From: a virus
Direction: 5' to 3' (one strand)
DNA: 64,000 nucleotides
IMG/VR virus record: IMGVR_UViG_3300046468_002660
This document shows, one piece after another, positions 41,801 through 54,670 of the stretch. The notes under the pieces were generated by a model, which worked only from the letters and a program-made list of their open reading frames with translations, was not told the origin of the DNA and searched no databases. Within the stretch, counting starts at the first letter, position 1. Every line of letters begins with the position of its first letter. A program made the position numbers and the translations under genes.

Positions 41801-44800
41801 AAGTGGATTAGACACTCGCCTTTTTGAGTTGGCGGGTTATCCTCTCATTGAAGACCTTGTAGAAAAAATGTTTCAATTAAAAGAAGAGATGAACAAGAGA
41901 CTTAATGACAGAGCAAAACTTTTAGGTATAGGTGGAGAGTTTGGTGTTGTTCCACCCGATACATCTCATTTAAATAATGATGATTTTGGTGCATTTATTA
42001 GAGGTGAAATAACGCAAGAGCAAGTGGAAGCAAAAAGATGAAAATAATTCGCACAATAATTAATTGGTTTCACCGCAAACGAAATATGCGTTCATCTAAA
42101 AAACAAATGGATAAAATAATGAGTGAAGTTAATGCTGACTTTATGGATTATGATGGCATGGGGAACTATGGAAGATTTCCTCCCGAAAAATAAACGCTTG
42201 ACAATAATAAATAAAAGATATAAGGTATAGACATGAAAGAAATTATAGGAGACGATCACCCAACTTACGAAGAATCCGTCAATATGACTCTTGCAGAAAA
42301 ACAAAAGGCTGAGGCTTTGACTTATCTCACAGAAGTAGAGAGCGAAATCAATAAGCAAAACATTGAAAGATTAATGAAAGAAAATCTTGAGCTTAGACAT
42401 CGCTTGTCATGTATTGCTGATGATATTGAAATTATTGATAGGCACATTAAAAATAATTGCAATAAAAGATTTAAAAGACCAAGCTTGAATAAAGATGGTA
42501 GCACCTATGCAGATGAAGCATGGCACAATGTTACAAATATAGAAATTGCTTGTGATTTAAATGATGACGAGCCATTATATTGGGGAAGTAAAATCAAAGG
42601 AGAACTCACTCAAGACCAAATCATGGAAATGGAACAACAAATACGATGAATATCGACTATACATTATTAGAAAAACAAAGAGATCACTTATTATCTATTT
42701 TATGGCATGACTTTAAACCCGCTGAAGAAAAAGAAGGTCAACCTGTTCCATTAGACAGAGAGTTAGGTTGGGGAATTGTACATTTACTAGATGATTTATT
42801 AGATCAAAATTATTACAAAGAAAAAAATGGATAATAAAAAAAGAGAATATTGCGTTGGAATTAAAATAATCAACGCTTTTTATGTTGAAGCAGAAAGTCG
42901 AGATGAAGCAGAGCAAATAGTCAGAGAGTATGATCCATACAAAACTCTTGACGATTGTGATTTTAGTATTGAATATGCTGATCCTACAAATGGAGAAATC
43001 GCATGGAAAATAAAAGCGGATGAAGTGGATTGGAAAAAACTTCGCGATGAAGATGATAATTGGCTTGACAAACGCATTGACGATCTCTATGGTGATGATC
43101 CTACTTATAACACATAATGAATAATAAAGAATTAAAAACAGAAATTCGTAAATTAGAAATTGAATTAGATTATATTGAAGCTAAAGAACCTCATAATATA
43201 AAATATATAATGGAATTAGAAAGAAATATAGATAATTTATATAAACAATTAGAGGAATCAGAAAATGAAACTAACTAAATATCAGAAAGCTAGATTATTA
43301 GAGCATGAGTGGGATGTTATCTCCAATGATCAAGGAAATTGTGCTTGGGTAAGTATTGCTCCCGAAGATGGATCAATCTTTGGTGAGATTGTAGAAACTT
43401 TAGGTTTGACAGGGGAAGGTAAAGATGTTAAGTTATTGGTCGTAGCAACTAATGAAGGAGATTAAAATATGAGAACAACAAAACAAAAATTAAGAAAAGA
43501 TGATGAAGAACCATCAATTGATGATATGCGTGAAGACATTGCAGAAAGAGAAGCAATGAATATGAGTGTGTCTGACATAATGGATTTATTACTTGATGGT
43601 TGCGTTGGCTTAAATGAAATGCCAAGCATTGAAATAAAAGATGAATGGAATCAAATTTTTAACAAATAAATTATGAAATTAGAAAAAGCAATGCAATTAG
43701 TTTTAAACGAAGCAGAAACTTCTGCTCTTGGAGAATCCTCTTCAGCGGGAGAGAAGGTGCTAGAAGCAGTTGAACTTCTTCAAGCCTTTTACGATGAGCA
43801 TGGTCATCACTTTGCAAATTTTTCTGTTGACATGGCAGAAGAAGTTTAGTAAAGTACAATCATTAATCATAAACACAAGGAATAAAAATGAATCATTTCG
43901 CAAATACAAATGTCCGTTGGAAAACATGGTCGCCCGAAAATGTTATCTTCAAAAGCAATCAATTAGTAAAGAAGGTTTTGCCCTCTGAACATATTTTATC
44001 ATGGAAGAGCAAAAGTGATCGTGATCAAAAAATGTGCGAGAAAACAGGTTGCAAAGCAACTCAAACAAATCAATTTGGTGGGCAACCATATACATATTAT
44101 ACCAAAGAAAACTACAAAGGAATTATGGTTCAATTAACCGATGTTAAATCAGATTTTCCATCTGCTAATATTGACTTTATTGATTGGACAGAAAAAAAAG
44201 ATAGTGTTGGCAACCCAAAGGGTGCTTTAGATATTTTGGTTTACCTTAACTCTTTTCATCAGCCTTGGCAATATGTTAAATGCCCTCAAACAGGAAATTG
44301 GGTTAGAAAAAGCACAGGTAAAACTGCACCATTACGAGAAGGTTATCGTATGTCTTATGGTGGACAAGGTGATGCTCACGCTTTAGACTTTGACGAATTT
44401 CACGAATTGGTTCAAATAACAGAAATGATCAGAGATTTTCTTGTTGATGTTGTTATCCCCACAAAGAATGGTGAATTAGTTGAAGAAGATTTGTTAGTAG
44501 CATAATGAAAGAAGAAGCAAATAGAGAAGATATAAGTAAAGAAGAATATCATTTATATGATATTATTAGTGCTTGTGAGAATATACTTGACGATCTTGAG
44601 AATGGGGCAAAAATTGAACAATCAGATTTTAATAATCTTGGATATGTAGATGGCATTATGCTTCGTATGCAACATAATGTAAATAGACAATTAAATCCAA
44701 CAAATATAAAAGATGATTAATAGGATAATAATGGATGATTATGATGCAGGGTTTATGGATGCAGTAAAATTATTAGAGAAAAAATTAGATACCCTTATTG

Positions 44801-47800
44801 AGGATCAAGCTATTGCTTGTCAAGAAGATAAAACCCAACAAAAAAATTTATTCTTTTTAGAGTTCATCAAGCAAAAACTTTTTCAAGAATAGTGTTGACA
44901 TGATTTGATTTTTAGTTTAGTGTTTTATTATGAACAAAGAAATCGTAGTCAAAGAAAAAAAAGCAAAAGGTGTAATGGGTACTCTATGGGTAGTTATATC
45001 AGATCATGCTGAAAACATTAATTTACTAACCCGCAGAAAAAGTCTTGACAGGGTTGATCTTTTATGCTTAACTGATCTTGGTTTTAAAATTAAATACGAA
45101 AAATAATATGACTTATATATGGAATAGAGCAGATCGAGTAGACCCAAAACTCATGCCAAAAGTTATTGAGGATGCTTTTAATAAATGGACTAAAGAACAA
45201 TACAAAAATTTTAAAGAATTAACTGAAGAGCAAAAAAATAAAGTTAATTACAAAGTAGTAGTTCAAATGGGTAAAATGAATTACAATTTAAAACAACTAG
45301 GTTATATAAAATAAGGAGAAAATATTATGGGATTAGATATGTATGCTTACGCTCGTCCACCTCGCAAGAGGAATGGTGACAATGATGTTTCAATCTGCGA
45401 TTGGAGAAAACATAATCGCTTACAAGGTTGGATGGAAGACTTATGGGAAGCTAAGGGCAGACCAAATTGGAAACCATCTGAAGAAGAGAATGGCTTTGGC
45501 GGTGATTTCAATTCTGTTGAATTGCAATTAACTAGAGCAGACCTTTATAATCTTCAAGATGATATTGTAAATCTTAATTTACCCGAAGCAAATGGATTCT
45601 TTTGGGGTAGTGATTCTTATTTTTGGCATAATGAAGATGATAAACCATATCCCGATAACGAATATTATTACAAAGAACAAGATTTAAATTTTGTGGCAGA
45701 AGCACATAAAATGCTTGACAAGGGTTATAGGGTATTTTATAGTTGTTGGTACTGATGAAATATTTAACCTTAACAATTTTATTTTTTGCGGGATGCAATC
45801 ATTCTTCTAACCTTCAACCCGAAGATACTAAAGTTTCTCGTTCAGCAGATATGCAAGAAGAAATAGATTATATATTATCTTTAGATGAAGCATATAAAGC
45901 GGAAGAAAAAATGTATTTAGAAGAAATAAGAAAAGCTCAACTAAATGATGATGAAATCGCATTTCAATTTTTCATTAGAGAATACGCTAAAGTAAAAAGA
46001 CTAGATTTGCCCGAATGGATAAAGAAAGAACCAAATTATGTCAAAGGGGGAGTCAACATCAAATATTAATACAAAACAATTTAATTCGCATGGTAGCCAA
46101 GTGGTAAGGCAGGAGTCTGCAAAACTCCCATTCGTCAGTTCGATTCTGATCCATGCGTCCACTTTATGTAGATGGGTTCACCTCTTTCCCCTGCTTGATC
46201 AACAAAAAAAGACTAGCAAGTAACTCGATTACTGCTATATCGGAGTTAGTCATGGATACTCTCCATGCAAATATTTAAAATAACTTATGAAAATAAAATT
46301 AGGAATACGAGGAAGCACAGATGCAATCAATCATATTATCATTAAATTAGATGATCTTATGCTTGTAACTGCTGATAATTTATTCCTCGCAGGAGATGAA
46401 AGCAGAGGTAAAACAGGAAAAAATTTAGTTGAGTTATTAAATACTTTATCTAAAGATCACGAAATATCTGTTGGTGAAGGTATAGCTAAAGAAATTGAAA
46501 GAGAATTAAATTTAGAAAATCAAGAGTTGCAAAAATTTGTTGTTGACAAATAAATTAAACTGCTTTAGTGTTTGGGCATGAACACATCAGAAGCATTCTT
46601 AGATAGCATCAACCAATCAATCGCTAACGCTGAAAAGATAGCAAACTCGATCCCCAAGAAGGGTCTTAATGTTTATCTCGACAAATCAACTATGGTCATG
46701 CAAACATTCAATGATCCTAATGCATTTGCTCATGCCAAGAAAGTTACTTCAAGAGCAGGTCAATCAAGTTGTCTTCGTAATGTATTGGATGCAGGGGGCA
46801 GATTGCAATAATGCATGATGAAAGATGCAGAATAATAGTTTTCGCACTTAAATACAAACTTTTTATTAAAGAATTATAATTATGCTTGACATATCATGCA
46901 AAATCAACTTGAATAACGACATGGAAAAATTACCAACATACGAAGAGTGGACAAAAGACATGGACTTAGAATCTCAAATAAAATTCTATTATGATGTTGA
47001 CATTGATAATTATTTGGGTGATCCTTGGCAAATAGTAGCAGAGATTGCAGAGGAATGTCCTAATTGGTTAGTAGAGTTTAAAGCTAATTTTAAAGAATAT
47101 TTACAAGAGAGAGAATACATACAATGAAAGAAACAAGAGATCATTTTACAGAAAAAAATCTTCATGTTCAAATGAAGTGGAATGTTGAGCCACAAAAAAT
47201 GCTAGATTATATTATTGAAGCAGATAAATCAAATGGAAGAGATTCAGACGAATATTCTCCTTCGTTTTATGTAGGTAAATCTCTCAAATATATTCGTGAA
47301 GTCTATGAAGACTATAATGGTCTTGAATCTTTAACTGATACTGAATTAATCGAGAATGGTTATTATAGATTGGAGATCGCATGAAAGAATTAAAAGAAAA
47401 ATTAAATAAAGTTATTTCTAAACAAGTTGAGATGGTAAATAAGTATGGGTCAAATACTCTCTCTACTTGTGATCATTATAATTGGGATAAAGATATTTGG
47501 AATTATAGACATTCTATTGTTGACAAGCTAATTGATCTAGGTTTTAATGTCGATACTCAAATGAATTGGGGGGTATTAGATATAACAATCACAAAGGAAT
47601 TAGAATTATGAAAGTAACAAGTGTTAGATATTTTGAAACAAATAAAGGGGTTGGTTATCAATGCAAAACTAATATCAAAGATATTCAAATATGCAATGAT
47701 GGCACAGGGGGAGCAACTTATGTAGATGGAGATTTAAAAAAATTAATTAAAGAATATACAGAATGGGATTTAGAAGATTTAATTGATCAATACGAAAATA

Positions 47801-48488
47801 ATTCTTGACATACAAAACACAATAATATAAGGTACAAATATGAATGATTACATAGACGATTATATAGAAGAAAACTTAAACAAGTTGGAATACGATTCTT
47901 TCTCAGGTACTTATTGGTTGCAAGATGAAGAGTGGGAAGAACCAAGAGAGTTTACTGCTGACGAATTAATTAATGAAGGAATTTATTTAAATGAATACTG
48001 CGAAAGAGTATAATGTAGAAATAGGCTTGACTCCAAGCGATATTAAAGCTATTCTCGATGGAGAAATGTCAACTCTTCACTTTTTACCAACTGATGATAC
48101 TGATTATGAAGATAAGATTAGTGTTCACCTCAAACCAATTAGTGAAGATGCAACTTTATCAGAACAAATGAATTTAGTTGTTGACACATGGAGCAGAAAA
48201 GAGTTATAGTATCGACATATTAATAACTATATGTTTACAAAAGGAGAAAACATCGACATGAATTACATCACAGAGAAAGTTTCTTTTAGAGTTCCGCAAA
48301 ATGGTGGAGATCAATATCGCTTATATGAGTGTGTTGATCAAGTGGCAGATTTAATTGATATGTATTTCGGTACTGCAATAGAAGATACAACTAATATACA
48401 TAATTTAATTGAACAAGAAATTAAAACAAGTAAACTTAGAGAAGTGGAACATAATAGATTAGAAAATATAAATGGGGGAAGTAAATAA
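35859..48488 (+). CDS. Array of about 45 small, mostly orphan early-type phage ORFs
   Basis: Co-oriented 50-200 aa ORFs, many acidic, many with their own TTGACA promoter. Confidence 0.6.
39105..39395 (+). CDS. AbrB/MazE/SpoVT-like DNA-binding protein
   Basis: G....IP.D.L..LGW.EGD.L.F...V.IRK. Confidence 0.65.
   Translation: MIEKEIILKETADGDLFFTIPDDVLERLGWKEGDDLKFEERNASVLIRKVKYESVELEFDDEELLKYMKFAHEKGITFNELCEEAVKVKLNEVDSK
45327..45755 (+). CDS. Conserved phage hypothetical protein
   Basis: MGLDMY...WRK.N.L.GW...GFF.G...Y.CW motif set; SD AAGGAG. Confidence 0.65.
   Translation: MGLDMYAYARPPRKRNGDNDVSICDWRKHNRLQGWMEDLWEAKGRPNWKPSEEENGFGGDFNSVELQLTRADLYNLQDDIVNLNLPEANGFFWGSDSYFWHNEDDKPYPDNEYYYKEQDLNFVAEAHKMLDKGYRVFYSCWY
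46087..46161 (+). tRNA. tRNA-Cys(GCA)
   Basis: CGCATGG/CCATGCG acceptor stem, anticodon arm GGAGT-CTGCAAA-ACTCC, GTTCGA, encoded CCA. Confidence 0.93.
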
Positions 48489-48822
48489 AAATATTTAGAA
48501 GATTAAATTAATTCTTTATTAAAATAAATTTTAATATTCAAATTAATTTATTTAATAAATTGTTAAAATAAAAATTATAAGAAAAATGCAAGAAGTAATA
48601 CAATTAATTGAAGAAAAAATTCAAAACATTAAAAATTACCCAATCACAACACAAGAAGAAGAACAACTTCATATTCTTGAGGTTGGTTGTTTAAATCAGT
48701 TACTTAGAGTAGCAAAGGAACTTTCTGAATAAAAAAAGAAAAAAAGTATTGACACACACTCATGTGTAATTTAGTATAGCATCATAACTTAAATTTTCAC
48801 ACACACAACAAGGAAAACAAAA

Positions 48823-51129
48823 ATGATAATCACACAAAACAAATCAAAAGAGGTAATCAGTTCTCACGACTTTGAACAAGTCAATTGCACGATTGATGCT
48901 GAAGATATGCGTTATGTCGCATCCCTTCTTCGCAACAATTATTCAAACACAAGACTTGCAGTAGTACGCGAAATTAGTGCAAATGCACTAGATGCAAATG
49001 CTGAAGCAGGTGTTAATCGTCCTATTGAAATTAAGTTGCCAACTTCAATGAATCCAACATTTGCAGTTCGTGATTTCGGGGGTGGACTTAGCCAAGAAGA
49101 TGTTTTCGGTCTTTACTCTAAGTATGGTAAATCAACCAAGCGTACATCCAACAATTATATTGGTGCTTTCGGTATCGGTAAATTTGCTCCACTTTCTTAT
49201 GGTGACAACTTCACTTGTGTTTCTTTTCACAATGGGCTAAAAACTTCTTACAATGTATTTGTCGATGAGAATGACGATACCAAAATCACAAAGTTGTTTG
49301 AAGAACCAAGTAATGAACCAACAGGGTTATCTATTGAAGTTGCAGTTTCGGAAGATGATCGTAACGAATTTAGAGAAGTTGTACAAAAATTCTTTCGTTT
49401 CTTTTCTGATTCTGATATGCCAAAATTTCTTGGAGTCGAAGAAGGTTTTATACAAACTCCTAAAAAAGTTTTATCAAGTAAAACTGATGAATGGTTCTTT
49501 GCGGAAGACGAGAGTCGTGGATATGGTTATAATTATTACTCTCATGTTCTTATGGGTAGAGTTGCTTACCCTATTGATCCAAATGCAATAAATGTAGAAA
49601 ATTTTGTATCCAATGAAAGTTCTCGCAGAATAGTTCAACAACTTTTACAACAAAGTAATTTCTACTTTCGTGTTCCTCTTGGTTCAGTAAGATTGCATCA
49701 TAGTCGTGAGTCGCTAGAATACAACAAAGCAACTCAAAAAGAAATTTGTGCGATTCTTTACAAAGTTAGTCAAGATATTCAAACTATTGCAAAAGAAAAA
49801 CTTGCCGATAGTGAAGATTTGTGGGATGCAAAGAGAAATTACGCTCAAGTTATTAATGCTTTACCTTATCAAGTAAGAGGAGTATTTGAGAATAGTTTTG
49901 AGTGGAATAGTATCAAAATTACAGATTCTACATTTCAAAGAGATTATCAATTACAAGACGATCTAATTATTACTGATTACGAAAAAATTGAAGATAAAGA
50001 TTCTCGCAATGGTTTCAAGGTAAAAGCCACTAAAACAAATCGCATTTATTGTCAAGACAATTATCTTGTGATGATTCAAGATATTGATTCTTCTCATGGC
50101 AACAATCTAAGAGTTCGCACATTGATGAATGATTTACCCGACCTCAAAGGTGTTTATGTTGTTCATGCAACATCCGAATGTGGTAAATCAGAAGTTTATG
50201 ATAATTGGCAATTTGATCTTGTTGACGCAAAACATAAGAGATATTCTTCACAAGTAGATAAAGAAAAAATTGTTCGCAATAAAGTTTCGGGTACAAGTCG
50301 TGCTTCTATTCCATTGTTCAAAATGAGAATGGATAAATCTTCTTATGCTTATCGTAATGCAGATTATTGGCAAAATGTCAACGAACCAATCAATTCACTT
50401 GAGCTAGATGAAGTCGAAGGTTCTGTCAATAATAAAATCATTTATGTTCCAATCAAAAACTATAAGGTTGATAGTGAATCTTATGATCTTGACAGAGTTT
50501 ACAAAATATGCAGAGGTATCCGCAAAAGTGCTGAAGATAATTCAGAAGAAAAAAATCTTCAATTATTCGGTGTTCGTGCAGGTGATGTTAAAAAGTTAGA
50601 TAAAAGCACATGGGTATCATTCTTTGACTTTTATCTTGACTATTGCAAAAACATCATTCGTGACAATAAGAAAGAATGTCAATCAGCATACAAAACAATT
50701 CAATTCAAAAAATCTGTTAATAATGAATTCGCAGAATATCGTTGGAATTATGGTCAATTATTCACTAATAATACGCTTGACATTTCTAGTCTCGGTGATG
50801 ATCACTTGTTAGTTCGTTGTGCAGAGAATTGGAATCTTCTCATGCAAGAAAGTACAGATGATCGTAGATTTAGTGTGGCAATCAATGTAGTTTCATTAGG
50901 AGATCAAAAATGGTTAGATGATGTATTAGATACAAAAGTAAATGCCGAATCTATCATGCAAGAATTTAAATCATTGAAAGAAAAATATCCTTTACTTAAA
51001 ATAATCTCGCATAGTGTTAATCAATGGATCAACTTAAAACACAATAAAGATTATGACAATCGTAATACCAATGAAGATATTACCGAATATATTTCCTTGT
51101 GTGATCAAAAAGAGAGGGGGGAGAAGTGA
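48823..51129 (+). CDS. rIIA: RIIA-like protein (N-terminal GHKL domain)
   Basis: YS...AVVREI..NALDA, RDFG.GLS, STK..SN..IG.FGIG; precedes rIIB. Confidence 0.85.
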   Translation: MIITQNKSKEVISSHDFEQVNCTIDAEDMRYVASLLRNNYSNTRLAVVREISANALDANAEAGVNRPIEIKLPTSMNPTFAVRDFGGGLSQEDVFGLYSKYGKSTKRTSNNYIGAFGIGKFAPLSYGDNFTCVSFHNGLKTSYNVFVDENDDTKITKLFEEPSNEPTGLSIEVAVSEDDRNEFREVVQKFFRFFSDSDMPKFLGVEEGFIQTPKKVLSSKTDEWFFAEDESRGYGYNYYSHVLMGRVAYPIDPNAINVENFVSNESSRRIVQQLLQQSNFYFRVPLGSVRLHHSRESLEYNKATQKEICAILYKVSQDIQTIAKEKLADSEDLWDAKRNYAQVINALPYQVRGVFENSFEWNSIKITDSTFQRDYQLQDDLIITDYEKIEDKDSRNGFKVKATKTNRIYCQDNYLVMIQDIDSSHGNNLRVRTLMNDLPDLKGVYVVHATSECGKSEVYDNWQFDLVDAKHKRYSSQVDKEKIVRNKVSGTSRASIPLFKMRMDKSSYAYRNADYWQNVNEPINSLELDEVEGSVNNKIIYVPIKNYKVDSESYDLDRVYKICRGIRKSAEDNSEEKNLQLFGVRAGDVKKLDKSTWVSFFDFYLDYCKNIIRDNKKECQSAYKTIQFKKSVNNEFAEYRWNYGQLFTNNTLDISSLGDDHLLVRCAENWNLLMQESTDDRRFSVAINVVSLGDQKWLDDVLDTKVNAESIMQEFKSLKEKYPLLKIISHSVNQWINLKHNKDYDNRNTNEDITEYISLCDQKERGEK

Positions 51130-51154
51130 AAACTCCTCTCTCTCTCAATTTTTT
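51112..51154 (+). terminator. Probable terminator between rIIA and rIIB, followed by a new TTGACA promoter
   Basis: GAGAGGGGGGAG...CTCCTCTCTCTC stem plus T-run. Confidence 0.55.
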
Positions 51155-51227
51155 AAAATAATTCTTGACAATAATAGCAAAACAAATTAAGATATAGATA
51201 TATTAAACAAAATAGGAGAATAAAATT

Positions 51228-52388
51228 ATGAATCAAGTACCATATCAACTCACAGAAAATTCACTCACAATCTTTTGGGATGGCAAGCCTTATACATTGC
51301 GTAAGGATCATGCCAACTTTCAACTTGCTAAGAAAGCTATTCTTGATGCTAGGTATGATGATCTCGGTGATCTTATTGACATTTCCAAGGCGGTAGAAAA
51401 CTTTGTCGAAGGTGATATTGAAGTAAAAGATGAAGTTGTTTATTACAAAGGTCATCGTTTGCATGGTGTTGTTGTGGATAAATTGCTTGAAATGCTTCGT
51501 GCAGGAATGAAAGATTCTGCTCCACTCACTAACTTTATTTCTCGCTTGCAAGCTAATCCAAGTGCAAATTCAGTAAATGAACTTTATTCTTTTATGAGTT
51601 ATAAGTCTCTTGCGAATACTTCCGAAGGTAAGGTTTTAGGTTACAAAGGTGTACAATCCGATTATTGGAGTACAACAGGTAATGCTGATACAATTGTATT
51701 ACAAGGCGAAACTAATGATCGTCACCAAATTCTCAATGAGGTTGGTGCAACAATTGAAGTCGCTCGCAGATGCGTAGATGACAATAAGGATAATCATTGC
51801 TCTTTCGGTCTTCATGTTGGTTCATTTGATTATGCCGATAGTTGGGCAGGAGAAGGTGGAAGATTACTTCTAGTCGAATTTGATCCTGCTGATGCAGTAT
51901 CTGTACCAACTGATTGCGATTTTCAAAAACTTAGGGTTTCTAAGTACAAGGTGATCTCTGATATTAGTGATACAAGAAAAGAGCTTAATAAACCTGTCTA
52001 CGAGGCTAATAAGCCTATTTATGGATCAGATGATGATGAGGATTTCGGGGGTCACAATGAAGATGATTCAGATTATGTAGATATGGAATCTAATATTGAT
52101 GATGGTTCGGGCATTGAATATGATGATGATAATTGGGAACAATTGGGCGAAGAAGTATTAGAAGAAGATATGGATCAAACAGAAAAAGATATAAGTGAAT
52201 ATATAGAAACTTATATAAATAATAAACACGATAATTCTGTCAATCCAACTCTTAAAAACATTGCTGATCTTAGAGCTTGTAAGAATGAGAGATTAACTTG
52301 TAAAGAAATTTATAAAATTGTTGATGATCTTAATTTCGTTGTTGAAGAAGATGATAACAAACCTTTAAATCAATTACGAGTACTTTAA
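51228..52388 (+). CDS. rIIB: RIIB-like protein with acidic C-terminal extension
   Basis: NPS.....LY.F, GYK.V, CS.GLHVG...YA, P.D.VSVP.D....KLRV..Y.V. Confidence 0.85.
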   Translation: MNQVPYQLTENSLTIFWDGKPYTLRKDHANFQLAKKAILDARYDDLGDLIDISKAVENFVEGDIEVKDEVVYYKGHRLHGVVVDKLLEMLRAGMKDSAPLTNFISRLQANPSANSVNELYSFMSYKSLANTSEGKVLGYKGVQSDYWSTTGNADTIVLQGETNDRHQILNEVGATIEVARRCVDDNKDNHCSFGLHVGSFDYADSWAGEGGRLLLVEFDPADAVSVPTDCDFQKLRVSKYKVISDISDTRKELNKPVYEANKPIYGSDDDEDFGGHNEDDSDYVDMESNIDDGSGIEYDDDNWEQLGEEVLEEDMDQTEKDISEYIETYINNKHDNSVNPTLKNIADLRACKNERLTCKEIYKIVDDLNFVVEEDDNKPLNQLRVL

Positions 52389-52629
52389 TTATGGTAAAAA
52401 CCATTAAAAATAAAAAACTAAATAATAATACAAAAAATCATTATAAACAAATTTTTGCTAACCCGATGAAAACATATACAAAGAAAGAAGAAGAGGTTAT
52501 CGCAAAACATTTAAATAAACTAAAAAGAGATAAGTAAATCTATCTCCTATGGGTATTGTGGCGAGGTTTTCTCTTTGTCCTTGGTCAAAATTCATCACCC
52601 GATTCGTAACCACATAAAAGCGAATCAAT

Positions 52630-53130
52630 TTTATAATTTCAAATAATCCTTAAAATTATTAATTCACACATAAAAACAATAATTTCAAATAGTTTTTACT
52701 TCGTGCTTGCTTCTTATATCAATATCCCTTACAATATATAACATAATACAATATACTAATAAGGAATATATATAGGCAAAATATAAACAATCACACATAA
52801 ATAACAAAAATATATTGAAATTTAATAAATAATAAATATAATGATAAGGGAGTACGCAAATTAATTATATAAAAATAAGATGAAAATAAAAGTATTGGCA
52901 ATTATAAAAAATTTTATTTCAAATAAAAAAAAGAAACTAAAGCAAAACAATTCAAAACAAAATAATTTACAATATGAACGAAATAAATATGGTTTTTTTT
53001 CAGTTAAAAATAAAGAAAATTAAATAATAATAAATAAAAACAAATTAAATTAGACTTAAATAATAAATAATAATAAATAATAAAATTTTTCAAAGTTGAA
53101 ATAATAAAAAACCAAATAATATAAACCAAA
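52630..53130. other. Extremely AT-rich non-coding tract with (AAATAAT)n low-complexity repeats
   Basis: No credible ORF; tandem AAATAAT units near 53058-53083. Confidence 0.6.
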
Positions 53131-53456
53131 ATAATTGCAAATAAAAGTGGATGTTGGCGAACAGAGCGTAATATTTGTCGAAAAACAAATGGAAACGAAT
53201 TTCAGTCAAATAATGTCGCAAAACATAATAAAAGAAATGTATTGGATTGATGTTTCGGATGGAGCAAGGGCGGTAGCAATAATGGGCGAAATAACTGATG
53301 AAAAAAAAATAGAAAGTAATTTAATATGCCTCTTTCCAATATTTAAACCAAAAGAGGATTAACGCAAATAATTACTTACTAGGATAAAAAATAATAATAA
53401 TTAAAACAAATATTATTGTTAATAAAAAAGCATCCCAAATTTCATTGAATGTCATA

Positions 53457-53657
53457 TTAATTTTTTTTATTTTTTCGTTTATTAATTTCTACTCGTTGTA
53501 GCAATATTTCAAACTCTTCTGTTCCCATATTATTATATAAATACCAAGCATATTCTTGTATTCTCAATAATCTCTTTTCGGGAGTACCATTGACATGGTA
53601 AAAAGCGTTTGAGCTTAATAATTTGTTGACCAAATAATTATAAACATCAATATTCAT
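53457..53657 (-). CDS. Isolated minus-strand hypothetical protein (start refined to 53657)
   Basis: GTGTAA motif 8 nt upstream of the ATG at 53657. Confidence 0.45.
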   Translation of the reverse strand: MNIDVYNYLVNKLLSSNAFYHVNGTPEKRLLRIQEYAWYLYNNMGTEEFEILLQRVEINKRKNKKN

Positions 53658-53803
53658 GCCAAGAATTACACCCAAATAATTATACAAAAAATTTAATATA
53701 ATAAAACACACATAAAATAATTCTTGACAATGTGTGAAAAATATTTTAATGTATTCTCATCAATCACAAATAATGTGTTAAAAGCGTTAAACAAAGGAAA
53801 ACA

Positions 53804-54670
53804 ATGAGTCTAGCAAAAGAAATCAACGAAAAATTAGATGCAATACTTTTCATGCGTAGTGAAATGCAACGCATGGATCACGACTTGGATGACGACCAAG
53901 TTCTAAATAATATAACAACAGGTGAGAAGACAAATAAAGAACAAGCGTTTGAAATAGTTGAAGGTATGATAAATGATATTAAAAGAGAATTGAATCAAAT
54001 AACAAATAACGGATTAAATATAAAAAATATTTTTACAAATAAATATTATATAAATGATTTTATGCAAGATAAAGTATGTTCTGATATAGAATTGAATAAT
54101 ACTCTTAATGCTCAACAACCAAATGATATAGAATCTAATTAATTAAAATATTTGTTTGACAGGTTTTATATTTGATGCTAGTATATTCTTATAACATTCA
54201 AAAAAGGAGATAATAATTATGGCTAATATAGCAAAATGTGCAAGAGCGACAGCAGTAATGAACAAAGTAAGAGGCAGAGACCCTTTCGCTTTTACTCGCA
54301 GGTTCATGGGTTACAACGAGGCAACCGAAGGTATTCTCGCCCAACAAAGGGAAGCGGATCGTAGGTTAAGACAAATACAAGCTAAAAAACTAGCAAAAGG
54401 GGTAGCGTAATGGATGCGACAATTAAACCTCTTAGTGATAAAGTTAGTATGTTTGCATCTAACGATGAATTATACGAACAATTAACCAACAAAGAATTAA
54501 TGTTAATTAAAATGGTTAAGGCGGAAGAATTCGTTGATGATTTATATAGAGCACACGATTCTGAAGCAAATAAAAAACTATTTCCCCCCGAAAAAAGTTG
54601 GTTTAAAATAAAAGAATTATTGAGAGAATTACGCGAATTAAATAAAAAACAAATAACCCCTAAAATATAA
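53804..54670 (+). CDS. Three hypothetical proteins (53804-54142, 54219-54410, 54410-54670)
   Basis: TTGACA promoters plus SD (AAGGA/AAGGAG). Confidence 0.6.

Noticed and set aside
52551-52626. preQ1 riboswitch linked to the QueF-like gene
   Set aside because: No match to preQ1 class consensus as I recall it, far from that gene, and no downstream ORF to regulate
53135-53362. 75-aa ORF in the AT desert
   Set aside because: TTG start, no SD or promoter at the leaderless spacing, no motif; not supportable
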